This document shows, one piece after another, positions 12,680 through 24,051 of a DNA stretch of 64,000 nt (the stretch's first letter is position 1; each line of letters opens with the position of its first letter). Below the pieces are notes generated by a model. The model was not told the origin of the DNA. It ran no database searches and saw only the letters and a list, made by a program, of their open reading frames with translations. The DNA is taken from assembly GCA_964016885.1 (NCBI GenBank), contig OZ024750.1, positions 34,596,001-34,660,000 of the forward strand. Reading direction: 5' to 3'. The DNA is from Eledone cirrhosa. Lineage: Eukaryota. Position numbers and translations under genes: made by a program.

Positions 12680-13388
12680 AATGTACACAAAGCAGATCTT
12701 GGCTACACAAGAGGTGTCAGGTGGGATAGCAGGCAAACTAACAGGAAGGGAAAACTAAATATACAGTAGCTATTCAGGGAAATTTGATAGTCAAAGTGGC
12801 AGTGATAAACACATTTTTCAAATGCAGGTAAGATCTATAGAGGTGGTTGATAGCTTCCAATACCTAGGTGATCAGATTAGCATGGGAGCGGAGGTGTTCC
12901 GAGGTCATAGTATCTAGAATAAGGACGGGTTGGAAGAAGTTTAGGGAGCTGCTTCCTCTGCTGACAAAGAAGGGTTTCTCCCTGCATACAAAAGGCTGGT
13001 TATATGATGCCTGGGTGAGATGCACGATGCATGGGCAGCAACTGTGGAAGATATGTGATGGCTGGAGAGAAATGAAGCAAGCATGCTCCAATGAATGTGT
13101 AATGTCAATGTATGTGAACAACCAAGCAAGGAGGAGTTGAGAGAGAAACTGTGTCTGAGAGGGATAAATTGTTGTCTGCGGGAGAGGAGACTGCGAATCC
13201 TAGTAGAAGGAAGACGCAGTTGAGGAAGACCACGAAAAACATGGGCGGAGGTGGTAAGAGCGGATGTTAGATCGCTGAAGCTCACGGAGGAGATGACGAA
13301 GGACTGTGACAAGTGGAGAGATGCTGTGCTTAATAGAACCCGTCCCCACCCTTGCAAGCAGGGAAAAGCGGACGTATAATGATGATAT
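12680..13388 (+). mobile_element. Decayed 3' portion of an RTE LINE (family B, short 3' tail)
   Basis: Remnant peptides WLHKRC, VDSFQYLGD, SRIRTGWKKFRELLPLL, GRPRKTWAEVV; tail CCCTTGCAAGCAGGGAAAAGCGGACG. Confidence 0.85.
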
Positions 13389-13802
13389 GATAGACATTAA
13401 ACAATGATGATATATATATATATATGAAACACAAATTTAAATAATTTTGAAAACCATACAATGCATTAGAAACAAAATCAAGATTGCTAAGATAACAAAA
13501 CCATCTTATATCTATATATCTATCTATATATCTAATTGTATGGTTGTATGAAAAATGTGTCCATAGCTGGTATGCCGGTTGAGCACTCAATGATTGCGCA
13601 GAGCAGACTATAATACTATAAGGATAAGGAAAAATGATTCAGTGTTGCATCATAACATATTTAATAACATATTATATATATTTCACTATCGGTCAGCTTG
13701 AGGCAAGACCTATTATAGATCGTACCTGACTCTGTAATCGAAAGGTCATCAGATATGCTTAGTATATGAGTTTATTCTCCAATTCTGTCGATAGTGAAAC
13801 AT

Positions 13803-14155
13803 ATCATCATCATCATCACTGTTTTACATCCGTTTTTCCACGCTATCATCGGTTAGACGGGTTGTCTTATTGTGGGTAGTGTCCGGTTGGCTGACCTTGG
13901 CCTGCTCATACTGATTCTGGCTTGATTTCTACAGCTGGATGCTCTTCCTAACACCAACCTCATTTTACAGTGAGTGATGGGTGCTTTTTTTCCGTGGTGC
14001 CTACACGTCTACTTTACAGTGTGGGCTGGGTGCTTTTTTTGCTGTGGCACTTCGCAGTGGAATGATAGGGACCCCAGTCCTATCATCTCATTTCTACAGC
14101 TGAGTAAACTGGAACAATGTGAAATAAAGTGTCTTGCTCAAGGAAACAACACATC
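13803..14155 (-). mobile_element. 5'-truncated CORE-type SINE
   Basis: CORE motif, modules and (GAT)n tail on the minus strand. Confidence 0.8.
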
Positions 14156-14252
14156 ATTAGTATATGTTATGATCCAACACTCAATCCTTGTTCCTTATCC
14201 TTATAGTATCTATATATAGATCTATATATATCTATCTATCTATATATATCTG

Positions 14253-14293
<41 letters not shown>

Positions 14294-14400
14294 CATCATC
14301 ATCATCATCATCATCAGGTTTAGCGTCCGTGTTCCACGCTTGCATGGGTTTGGACGGGGGTTTTCCCACTTGAGGCAAGAGTGGTTGTCTTGCTCGCATA

Positions 14401-15305
14401 GGAGTGTCTGGCGGGTTTTCTACAGTTGGATGCCCTTCCTAACACCAACCACATTTACAGTGTGGGGCTGGGAGGTTTTTACCGTGTTGCCTACACGGCC
14501 ACATTACAGCGTGGACTGTCTGGCGGGTTTTCTACAGCTGGATGCCCTTCCTAACACCAACCACATTTACAGTGTGGGGCTGGGAGGTTTTTACCGTGTT
14601 GCCTACACGGCCACATTACAGCGTGGACTGTCTGGCGGGTTTTCTACAGCTGGATGCCCTTCCTAACACCAACCACATTTACAGTGTGGGGCTGGGAGGT
14701 TTTTACCGTGTTGCCTACACGGCCACATTACAGCGTGGACTGTCTGGCGGGTTTTCTACAGCTGGATGCCCTTCCTAACACCAACCACATTTACAGTGTG
14801 GGGCTGGGAGGTTTTTACCGTGTTGCCTACACGGCCACATTACAGCGTGGACTGTCTGGCGGGTTTTCTACAGCTGGATGCCCTTCCTAACACCAACCAC
14901 ATTTACAGTGTGGGGCTGGGAGGTTTTTACCGTGTTGCCTACACGGCCACATTACAGCATGGACTGTCTGGCGGGTTTTCTACAGCTGGATGCCCTTCCT
15001 AACACCAACCACATTTACAGTGTGGGGCTGGGAGGTTTTTACCGTGTTGCCTACACGGCCACATTACAGCGTGGACTGTCTGGCGGGTTTTCTACAGCTG
15101 GATGCCCTTCCTAACACCAACCACATTTACAGTGTGGGGCTGGGAGGTTTTTACCGTGTTGCCTACACGGCCACATTACAGCGTGGACTGTCTGGCGGGT
15201 TTTCTACAGCTGGATGCCCTTCCTAACACCAACCACATTTACAGTGTGGGGCTGGGAGGTTTTTACCGTGTTGCCTACACGGCCACATTTACAGCGTGGA
15301 CTGTG
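14401..15305 (-). repeat. 112-bp tandem array (8 copies) within the LINE 3' UTR
   Basis: ORF-track starts recur every 112 bp; units nearly identical. Confidence 0.95.
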
Positions 15306-15466
15306 TGTTTTTTGTCGTGACACCTACACGATCTCATTTGTTTCGGCCTGGATGTTGTGGGACCAACATAACTTTACATTGAAAGGGGCGGTGTGGGTGG
15401 GGTGGAGGGACGGGGGTGTGTTTTGATAGAGGTGCCTACTGACTGTAGTAGGTTTTTACTTTGTAT

Positions 15467-18400
15467 TTAGGTAAGGCGGGTCTTCTCTATTACTGAGTAC
15501 CGCCAAAGGTCTCGGTCCAGTGACATTGTCTTGGAGAGGTGTAAGCGTGTGAGGTCGGAATTTATCAGCTCGTCCCATGTTTTTCTGGGTCTGCCTACTC
15601 CGTGGCTACCGTCTATCTTTATTGCCCTGCACTTTGTTATACAGCTGTCGTCTTTCATGCGCATCACGTGACCGTACCAACGTAGCCTTCTCTCGAGTAA
15701 ACAACATCTGATCCCTCTTATTTCTAATTTTTTCCTTAGTTCGTTTATGCTTTGCCGTTCACGTATATTACTATTGCACATCCAGCGGAGCATGCAAGCT
15801 TCATTCCTCTCTAGTCTGCGTATATCCTCTGCACACAATGCCCAGGTCTCACTGCCATGCAGCATTGCTGTTCGTATGCAGGCATCGTATAACCTGCCTT
15901 TCATTTTTAGGGAGAACCCTCTAGCGGCTAATAGTGGTATAAGCTCTCTGAACTTTTTCCATCCAGTTCTGACTCTAGCTACTGTACTTTCAGAGCACCC
16001 TCCCCCACTGCTGATTTTGTCACCCAGATAACGGAAGCTGTCCACTATTTCTATAGAACCCTCTGCGCAGTTGAAGGAGCTAGTATTTTGTGGGCACTTG
16101 CTGCTACTTATTGCACCAGAGCACCGGCCACATGTAAAATCTATGTTCTTAGTTAGCTTACCTGTGATCCCACTACATCTTTTATGCACCCATACTTTGC
16201 ATTTGGGACATAAAATGGAGTTTCTACCTACGCCTTTCCTACACACTGAGCATGGCCATTTCCCCGATGGGACCACCGCCTTATTTTCTTTCCTACAAAC
16301 TAGAACTTTAGTCTTAGCCAGGTTAATTTTAAGGCCTTTTGATTCTAGGCCGTGCTTCCACGTTTGGAATTTCTTCTCTAGTTCGGTCATTGATTCAGCT
16401 ATGAGCGTTAGATCATCTGCGTATAGGAGTTCCCATGGGCAGCCGGTCTTGAACTCCTCTGTTATAGCCTGAAGGGCAATAATAAATAGTAGGGGGCTAA
16501 GTACAGAGCCCTGATGGACACCAACTTTTACGCTAAACTCTTCACTATATTCGTTGTTAATTCTAACCTTACTGACTGTTTCTTTATACATGGCTTGTAT
16601 AGCTCTCACAAGCCATTCGTCAACACCTAGTTTTCTAAGAGACCACCAGATAATGGAACGGGGGACTCTGTCGAAGGCTTTCTCCAAGTCGACAAAAGCT
16701 AAGTATAGGGGTTTACTTTTAGCTAGGTACTTCTCCTGTAGTTGTCGTACAATGAAAAGAGCGTCTGTGGTACTTTTGCCTGACACAAACCCGAACTGCA
16801 TTTCATCTAGATCAATTCTCTCTCTGATTAGTTGCGCTATTACTTTTTCCGTGACCTTCATGACCTGGTCGATTAATTTAATGCCTCTATAGTTACTCCT
16901 ATCTAGGGCATCTCCTTTTCCCTTATAGCAGTTAACGATGATGCTGCTACGCCATTCCTTCGGAACAACCCCATTCTGTACGACTTGGTTAACTATCCGG
17001 GTGACCATGGTGTGTCCCACCGAACCAGATGCCTTCAGCATCTCAGCAACTATTTCCGAAGGCCCAGCCGCCTTACCCGTCTTCATATCTTTGATTGCCT
17101 TACTTATTATACTACCTTCAACTAACACTGCTGGTCCCTCTATTGGATCGATCTGGGGGAGACTGTCTTTCTCCCATTTGTTCTCCTCATTTAGAAGCCT
17201 TTCGTAGTGACACTTCCAAGCTACCTTCTTATCAGCGTCGGTGATGGCAAGTATGCCATCATCGTTAAGTACACACTTCTCCCCGACAATATCACGGTTT
17301 TCCTTGACACATTGCCTGGCAATCCTGAACACCTCACGTTTTTGGTCCTCACGTTGTAGAACATGCTTGAACTTTCTTTCCTCTGCTTCCCTTCTTGCAA
17401 AGTACACTTGTCTCCTAGCTTCCCTCCTGGCCACTTGATAGTCTTCTCTACTTCCCCCATCCCGCCATACTTTCCAAGCCTGCTTTTTGGCCTTAATTGA
17501 CTCCTCCACCTTACTGTTCCACCACCATGTTACTCTCCTCCTACCTACAGGCCTGCTCCAGCCACAGACTTCGTCTGCCGCCGTCAGCAGGTTTGCTCTC
17601 AGGAATTCCCACTGTTCCTCTATATTATACGACTCTAATTGCTCTTCCTTACTGTCGAAAGCGTCAAGTAATTTGCTTTGAAATTTATTTCTGGCTATGG
17701 GGTCCTTTAGCTTCCATATTTTTCTCCTGAGGATAGTCCTCTTCCGCTGTCTAGTACGTCTCGTCCTGACTATGAGGTCGCTAATTATCAGTCTATGTTG
17801 GGAGGTGAATTCTTCATGGGGGTGGGATTTAGTGTTAACAACAGACACTCTGTCACGTCTTCTGGTAAGGATATAATCTACCTGGCTTGTGTGTTCCCCC
17901 GATCTATAGGTGATCAAGTGATTGTCTCGTTTTTTGAAGTTAGTGTTACAGATAGTTAAGTTATTTGCGTCGCAGAATTCCAGGATTCTGGAGCCTTCCT
18001 CATTTCTAGTACCGAACCCATAGCCTCCATGGATTCCGTCATAGCCGTCACAATGTTGTCCAACGTGACCATTTAGGTCGCCTGCAATAACTATATAGTC
18101 ACTGTCGGTTATTTGGGAGGTAGCGAGCATCAGTGTCTCGTAGAATCTGTCTTTTATAGCGCGGGGCAGTCTGGATTGGGGTGCGTACGCAGATATTACT
18201 GTCACCGTAGTTTTATTGAGGACAAGTCTTATTTTAATTATTCTGTCGTTCACTCTATTTACGTCTATTATCTTATCTGCCCACTTTTCTGCTACCATGA
18301 TTCCTACCCCACCCAACCCATTGTCATTTCCCACCCAGAAAAGCTTATAGCATCGCTCTTTACCCACGATGAATCTAGCCGACCCTCCCCTCCACCTGGT

Positions 18401-18487
18401 CTCTTGAATACAACAAACATCGACCTCCTTACGTTCAAGCATTTCTACAACCTCGTTAGAGCGACCCTTTAAGGTGCCTACATTCAT
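15467..18487 (-). CDS. RTE LINE ORF: APE endonuclease + reverse transcriptase with inserted PHD finger (1006 aa; N-terminus probably longer)
   Basis: APE motifs (NVGTL, CIQETRW, SAYAP, GDLNGH, QVDYIL, SQHR); RT motifs (NYRGI, QFGF, FVDLEKAFDRV, GVHQGSVLSPLLF, YADD, FRYLG); RTE C-terminal RRLRWYGHVMR/GRPRKTW; no internal stops. Confidence 0.95.
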   Translation of the reverse strand: MNVGTLKGRSNEVVEMLERKEVDVCCIQETRWRGGSARFIVGKERCYKLFWVGNDNGLGGVGIMVAEKWADKIIDVNRVNDRIIKIRLVLNKTTVTVISAYAPQSRLPRAIKDRFYETLMLATSQITDSDYIVIAGDLNGHVGQHCDGYDGIHGGYGFGTRNEEGSRILEFCDANNLTICNTNFKKRDNHLITYRSGEHTSQVDYILTRRRDRVSVVNTKSHPHEEFTSQHRLIISDLIVRTRRTRQRKRTILRRKIWKLKDPIARNKFQSKLLDAFDSKEEQLESYNIEEQWEFLRANLLTAADEVCGWSRPVGRRRVTWWWNSKVEESIKAKKQAWKVWRDGGSREDYQVARREARRQVYFARREAEERKFKHVLQREDQKREVFRIARQCVKENRDIVGEKCVLNDDGILAITDADKKVAWKCHYERLLNEENKWEKDSLPQIDPIEGPAVLVEGSIISKAIKDMKTGKAAGPSEIVAEMLKASGSVGHTMVTRIVNQVVQNGVVPKEWRSSIIVNCYKGKGDALDRSNYRGIKLIDQVMKVTEKVIAQLIRERIDLDEMQFGFVSGKSTTDALFIVRQLQEKYLAKSKPLYLAFVDLEKAFDRVPRSIIWWSLRKLGVDEWLVRAIQAMYKETVSKVRINNEYSEEFSVKVGVHQGSVLSPLLFIIALQAITEEFKTGCPWELLYADDLTLIAESMTELEKKFQTWKHGLESKGLKINLAKTKVLVCRKENKAVVPSGKWPCSVCRKGVGRNSILCPKCKVWVHKRCSGITGKLTKNIDFTCGRCSGAISSSKCPQNTSSFNCAEGSIEIVDSFRYLGDKISSGGGCSESTVARVRTGWKKFRELIPLLAARGFSLKMKGRLYDACIRTAMLHGSETWALCAEDIRRLERNEACMLRWMCNSNIRERQSINELRKKLEIRGIRCCLLERRLRWYGHVMRMKDDSCITKCRAIKIDGSHGVGRPRKTWDELINSDLTRLHLSKTMSLDRDLWRYSVIEKTRLT

Positions 18488-18807
18488 GGTACCAACTCTG
18501 AAGTTTTGGATTGCGTTTGGAGGGTGGGAGCGGTGGGGCGCGGGGGGGGGGATGGGGTTATGTTAGCCATCCTGGGCCGAAACAAGGAGGAGTGCTTGCA
18601 TTCTCGTCCACGAGGTGGATTTGGCTTTATCTTTGGCATTGTCGCTGAGCGTCCACGTTTTTCTCTCTTCAACTCTCCAGAATTCCGTAGTCCATCCATC
18701 ATATCGAAAAGCAACCAGTTAAGCGATAGTATGGGCCTCTGACTTATGATTGGTCCACGTAATAATGGTGGTGCGTGGGGGCGGGAGGGAGGTATGATGG
18801 GTTGTTA

Positions 18808-19750
18808 GCGAGAATGTAAGGTTTAAGATAAGATCGCCGTATTTTGGGCATGATTTAACAATAAACGAAAATACAAGATTTGTTTTGTTTAAGAAATTAC
18901 GATAGAGAAAATGCGGTGATAGGGGAAATATGATTTTTAGAGAAAAGATATGATATAGAATGGTGAAAATATGATATAGTGTGAATTTAGGACATAGAAG
19001 TGATTGAATGAATGGGTTCGAATGGAGAGAAGAATCGAGAAAAAATTGGGCATAATTTAACAATAAACGAAAATACAAGATTTGTTTTGTTTAAGAAAAT
19101 ACGGTAGAGAAAATGCGGTGATAGGGGAAATATGATTTTTAGAGAAAAGATATGATATAGAATGGTGAAAATATGATATAGTGTGAAATTAGGACATAGA
19201 AGGGATTGAATGAATGGGTTCGAATGGAGAGAAGAATCGAGAAAAATTTGAACGTTACTTTATACCGAAGGGAACAGCCATCCCAGAAATAGCGAGTTGG
19301 CGATTTTGATTAATTTTGGTAGGGTTTTATCTTATATGTATAGAGAGGGAGGGGGGGGGGCAGGAACCAGCATGATGAATGGGTAGGGGGTAGAATATGG
19401 GATGGAGCAGAGGTTAAAAGTTTAAATAGGTACTCGAAGATTTGCGTAAAACTTAGCAAGTTTAACAAATTATATTTAAAGGAATATATAATAGTGATAG
19501 CGAGAATGTAAGGTTTAAGATAAGATCGCCGTATTTTGGGCATGATTTAACAATAAACGAAAATACAAGATTTGTTTTGTTTAAGAAATTACGATAGAGA
19601 AAATGCGGTGATAGGGAAAATATGATTTTTAGAGAAAAGATATGATATAGAATGGTGAAAATATGATATAGTGTGAATTTAGGACATAGAAGTGATTGAA
19701 TGAATGGGTTCGAATGGAGAGAAGAATCGAGAAAAAATTGGGCATAATTT
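18808..19750 (-). repeat. Repeated ~190-250-bp units in the LINE 5' region
   Basis: 18808-19057 is almost identical to 19499-19750; a more diverged partial copy lies at 19058-19250. Confidence 0.9.
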
Positions 19751-19869
19751 ATATATATATATATAGTAATAATAAGAGGGTTCGATAAGGATTATATATA
19801 TATATAACCTGTAGAGCAAATATTTATTAAAATAACAGATTAAAGATTAAGCAAAGAATCGCTGCTTTC

Positions 19870-19918
19870 ACCCTTAACGGGATCTTCTGAAATTGTTTCA
19901 GAAGATCCCGTTAAGGGT
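19870..19918. repeat. Perfect 23-bp inverted repeat with 3-nt loop
   Basis: ACCCTTAACGGGATCTTCTGAAA-TTG-TTTCAGAAGATCCCGTTAAGGGT. Confidence 0.95.
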
Positions 19919-19974
19919 AACATTTTCATTTTACTTAAATTTGCCTTTCATCCATTTAGAGTTACATTAAATAT

Positions 19975-20240
19975 TAGTAATATACCAGATTTATAATATA
20001 ATTTATGATACACTTGATGTATTGAATTAGCTATAATATGCCAGATGTAATATACCAGATCTATTAAATTATTTATAATATACCAGATCTATTCAGTTAA
20101 GTATAATATATCAGATGTCCTCAATTAACTATACCAGATTTATTAAATTATTTATGATATACCAGATGTATTCATTTATTTATAATATATACCAGATGTA
20201 TTCAATTAACTATATTATACCTGATGTATTCAATTAACTC
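19975..20240. repeat. Degenerate ~28-bp minisatellite (ATACCAGATGTATTCAATTA...)
   Basis: About 9 diverged units. Confidence 0.75.
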
Positions 20241-20470
20241 TCATAAAAAGCACCCAGTCCACCCTGTAAAGTAGTTGTATTGGTGACACAGCAATAAGTA
20301 CCAGTCTAACCTTTCAGTTGGTCACTTTGGTGAAATGATAAAAGCACCTAATCAACACTGTAAATGTGGTTGGTTTTAGTAATCTGATCTGACTTGTCTC
20401 ACAATAGGAAAACCTATCTAACCCATGCTAGGGTGGAAAAATAGATGTTAAACGACAATCATGATGATAC
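20240..20470 (+). mobile_element. Degenerate RTE/SINE 3' UTR with 48-nt modules and tail
   Basis: AAAAGCACCCAG..CTGTAAAG modules; CTAACCCATGCTAG..GATGTT tail. Confidence 0.65.
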
Positions 20471-20504
20471 CAGATATATTCAATTATTTATAAAATATAT
20501 AAGA

Positions 20505-20665
20505 GGGTTGGACGCCATGCTTTCCAACATAGTTACGTCCCTTTACGACCTGAGTTCAAATCCCGCCGAGGTTGACTTTGCCTTTCATCCTTACGGGGTC
20601 GATAAAATAAAGTACCAGTAATGCACTGGATAATTGCTGGCCTTGTGCCTAAAGTAGAAACAATT
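20505..20665 (+). mobile_element. SINE family M, slightly 5'-truncated, with TSD
   Basis: CAATTATTTATAAAATATAT on both flanks. Confidence 0.85.
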
Positions 20666-20971
20666 ATTTATAAAATATATTTTGGCCACATAGCATTTTA
20701 TTAAATATCCACTTGTATTCTGCTTCTGAACATTTAAAAAATTTATATCTAATTTTCAAATTTTCATATTTTGCAAGAGAAATATATTTGTGGAGTAAAA
20801 TATCTCTATATATATTTTTAAATATAACTCTGAAGTGTAAGATGTTGAAGTGTGCGGGGAAATATATTTTAAAATATATATTTACAGCTTTTATATTTCA
20901 GTTTTCAGAATCTAGATTACTCTGAATGTTAGAAATACTTGAATAGTCTTAAGATAGGGATATATCTAAGT

Positions 20972-22410
20972 AAACTCTGTAAAGTGGTAGTATTGGTACC
21001 ATGATATAATACACCCAGTACACTCTGTAAAGTGGTAGTGATGGTGCTAGGATAAAATGTACCCAGTACACTCTGTAAAGTGGTAGTATTGGTACCATGA
21101 TATAATACACCCAGTACACTCTGTAAAGTGGTAGTGATGGTGCTAGGATAAAATGTACCCAGTACACTCTGTAAAGTGGTAGTATTGGTACCATGATATA
21201 ATACACCCAGTACACTCTGTAAAGTGGTAGTGATAGTGCTAGGATAAAATGTACCCAGTACACTCTGTAAAGTGGTAGTATTGGTACCATGATATAATAC
21301 ACCCAGTACACTCTGTAAAGTGGTAGTGATGGTGCTAGGATAAAATGTACCCAGTACACTCTGTAAAGTGGTAGTATTGGTACCATGATATAATACACCC
21401 AGTACACTCTGTAAAGTGGTAGTGATGGTGCTAGGATAAAATGTACCCAGTACACTCTGTAAAGTGGTAGTATTGGTACCATGATATAATACACCCAGTA
21501 CGCTCTGTAAAGTGGTAGTGATGGTGCTAGGATAAAATATACCTAGTACACCTTGTAAAGTGGTAGTGATGGTGTCACAATAAAATACACCCAGTACACT
21601 CTGTAAAGTGATAGTTCTGGTGTCATGATAAAATGTACCTAGTATTCCCTGTGAAGTGGTAGTGATGGTGTCACAATAAAATACACCCAGTACACTCTGT
21701 AAAGTGATAGTTCTGGTGTCATGATAAAATATACCTAGTATTCCCTGTGAAGTGGTAGTGCTAGTGCCATCATAAAATGTATCCAGTACACTCTGTAAAG
21801 TGGTAGTGATAGTGTCATGATAATAAAAACACCCAGTACACTCTGTAAAGTGGTAGAACCATTGTCATGATAAAATATACCCAGTAAAATCAGTAAGGTG
21901 TTAGTTCTGGTGCCACAATAAAAAGTACCCAATACACTCTGTAAAGTGGTAGTATTGGTACCATGATATAATACACCCAATACACTCTGTAAAGTGGTAG
22001 TATTGGTACCATGATATAATACACCCAATACACTCTGTAAAGTGGTAGTATTGGTACCATGATATAATACACCCAGTACACTCTGTAAAGTGGTAGTACT
22101 GGTACCATGATATAATACACCCAATACACTCTGTAAAGTGGTAGTATTGGTACCATGATATAATACACCCAATACACTCTGTAAAGTGGTAGTATTGGTA
22201 CCATGATATAATACACCCAGTACACTCTGTAAAGTGGTAGTATTGGTACCATGATATAATACACCCAATACACTCTGTAAAGTGGTAGTATTGGTACCAT
22301 GATATAATACACCCAGTACACTCTGTAAAGTGGTAGTGTCAGTACCATGATAAAATGTAGCCAGTACACACTGTAAATGGTTGGCATTATGAAGGGCATT
22401 TCAATGTAAA
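20972..22410 (+). repeat. 48-bp minisatellite with 96-bp dimeric higher-order repeat, derived from the RTE/SINE module
   Basis: Unit ACCCAGTACACTCTGTAAAGTGGTAGT-...; A/B alternation 20975-21540; ends in a degenerate GTTGGCATTATGAAGGGCAT terminal module. Confidence 0.9.
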
Positions 22411-22545
22411 AGATCATGCCAAAATGAAACAAATGAGCAAACTGTGACACACCCCACCCCCACCCTTGACCTGTCTTTGTCAGGAATTGGGAAAACCCAT
22501 CCAATCTATGTCAGCAACATGGTAATAGCAATGATGACAAATGCA

Positions 22546-23860
22546 GTGATGATGGTGATGGTGGTGGTGTTGATGGTGGTGGTGGTGGTGGTGATGGTGA
22601 TGGTGGTGGTGTTGATGGTGGTGGTGGTGATGGTGGTGGTGGTGGTGGTGGTGGTGGTGGTGGTGATGGTGGTGGTGTTGATGGTGGTGATGGTGGTGGT
22701 GGTGGTGGTGTTGATGGTGGTGGTGGTGATGGTGGTGGTGGTGGTGGTGATGGTGGTGGTGGTGGTGTTGATGGTGATGTGGTGATGGTGGTGGTGACGG
22801 TGATGGTGGTGGTGATGGTGGTGTTGATGGTGATGGTGGTGGTGGTGGTGGTGGTGATGGTGGTGGTGTTGATGGTGGTGATGGTGGTGGTGGTGGTGGT
22901 GGTGGTGGTGATGGTGGTGGTGTTGATGGTGGTGGTGGTGATGGTGGTGGTGGTGGTGATGGTGGTGGTGGTGGTGTTGATGGTGATGTGGTGATGGTGG
23001 TGGTGACGGTGATGGTGGTGGTGATGGTGGTGGTGATGGTGATGGTGGTGGTGGTGGTGGTGGTGATGGTGGTGGTGTTGATGGTGGTGGTGATGGTGGT
23101 GGTGGTGGTGGTGGTGTTGATGGTGATGTGGTGATGGTGGTGGTGGTGATGGTGGTGATGGTGATGGTGGTGGTGGTGGTGGTGGTGGTGATGGTGGTGA
23201 TGGTGGTGGTGGTGATGGTGGTGATGGTGGTGGTGGTGGTGGTGATGATGGTTGATGATGATGGTGATGGTGGTGCTGTTGGTGGTGGTGGTGGTGGTGG
23301 TGGTGATGATGGAGATGGTGGTGGTGGTGATGGTGGTGGTGGTGGTGGTGGTGGTGGTGATGATGGTTGATGATGATGGTGATGGTGGTGCTGTTGGTGG
23401 TGGTGGTGGTGGTGGTGGTGATGATGGAGATGGTGGTGGTGGTGATGGTGGTGGTGGTGGTGGTGGTGATGATGGAGATGGTGGTGATGATGTTGATGAT
23501 GACTGGAATGATGATGGTGATGGTGGTGGTGGTGGTGGTGGTGGTGGTGGTGGTGGTGATGGCAATGATTGTGATGGTGATGATAGTGATAATGGTGATG
23601 ATGATGTTGATGGTGATGATGGCAATGATTATGATGGGGGTAATGATGGTGATGGTGATGGTGATGGTGATGATGATGATGTTGATGGTGATGATAGCAA
23701 TGATGATGATGATGATGATGGTGATGATGGCAATGATGGTGAGGATGATGCTGATGGTGCTGGTGGCAATGTTTATGATGGTGGTGCTGATGGCAATGAT
23801 GGTGATGACGGTGGTGGTGATGGTGGTGATAGTAATGGTGATGATGATGACGATGATAGA
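22546..23860. repeat. (GGT/GAT)n trinucleotide microsatellite
   Basis: Direct inspection; source of the His/Pro/Val/Thr-rich ORFs. Confidence 0.95.
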
Positions 23861-24051
23861 TCAATTAAACTGTTGTTCTGTGGCCGAGAGCTGTGCCAGT
23901 AACAATTCTTGAAGAGAATTATTTCATTTATTTGGCATAAATACACACTTTGTTGATTTGAAGCAGTGTCTGTATAATTTTTAGAATTGGAAAACATTTT
24001 GATGGACAGAATAATAGAAATTGGCCGGGTCAAAGCTACAGATATCTATTG

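Larger units (their letters stand above)
14292..19750 (-). mobile_element. Near-full-length RTE-clade LINE (family A) inserted in (TA)n
   Basis: Single APE+RT ORF, long 3' UTR ending in (GAT)n, repeated 5' region, (TA)n at both junctions. The 5' boundary is approximate. Confidence 0.9.

Noticed and set aside
15747-18742. Plus-strand ORFs overlapping the LINE ORF
   Set aside because: Antisense shadows of the RT frame with no recognisable domains.
22444-24033. His/Pro/Thr/Val-rich ORFs
   Set aside because: Translations of a (GGT/GAT)n microsatellite.
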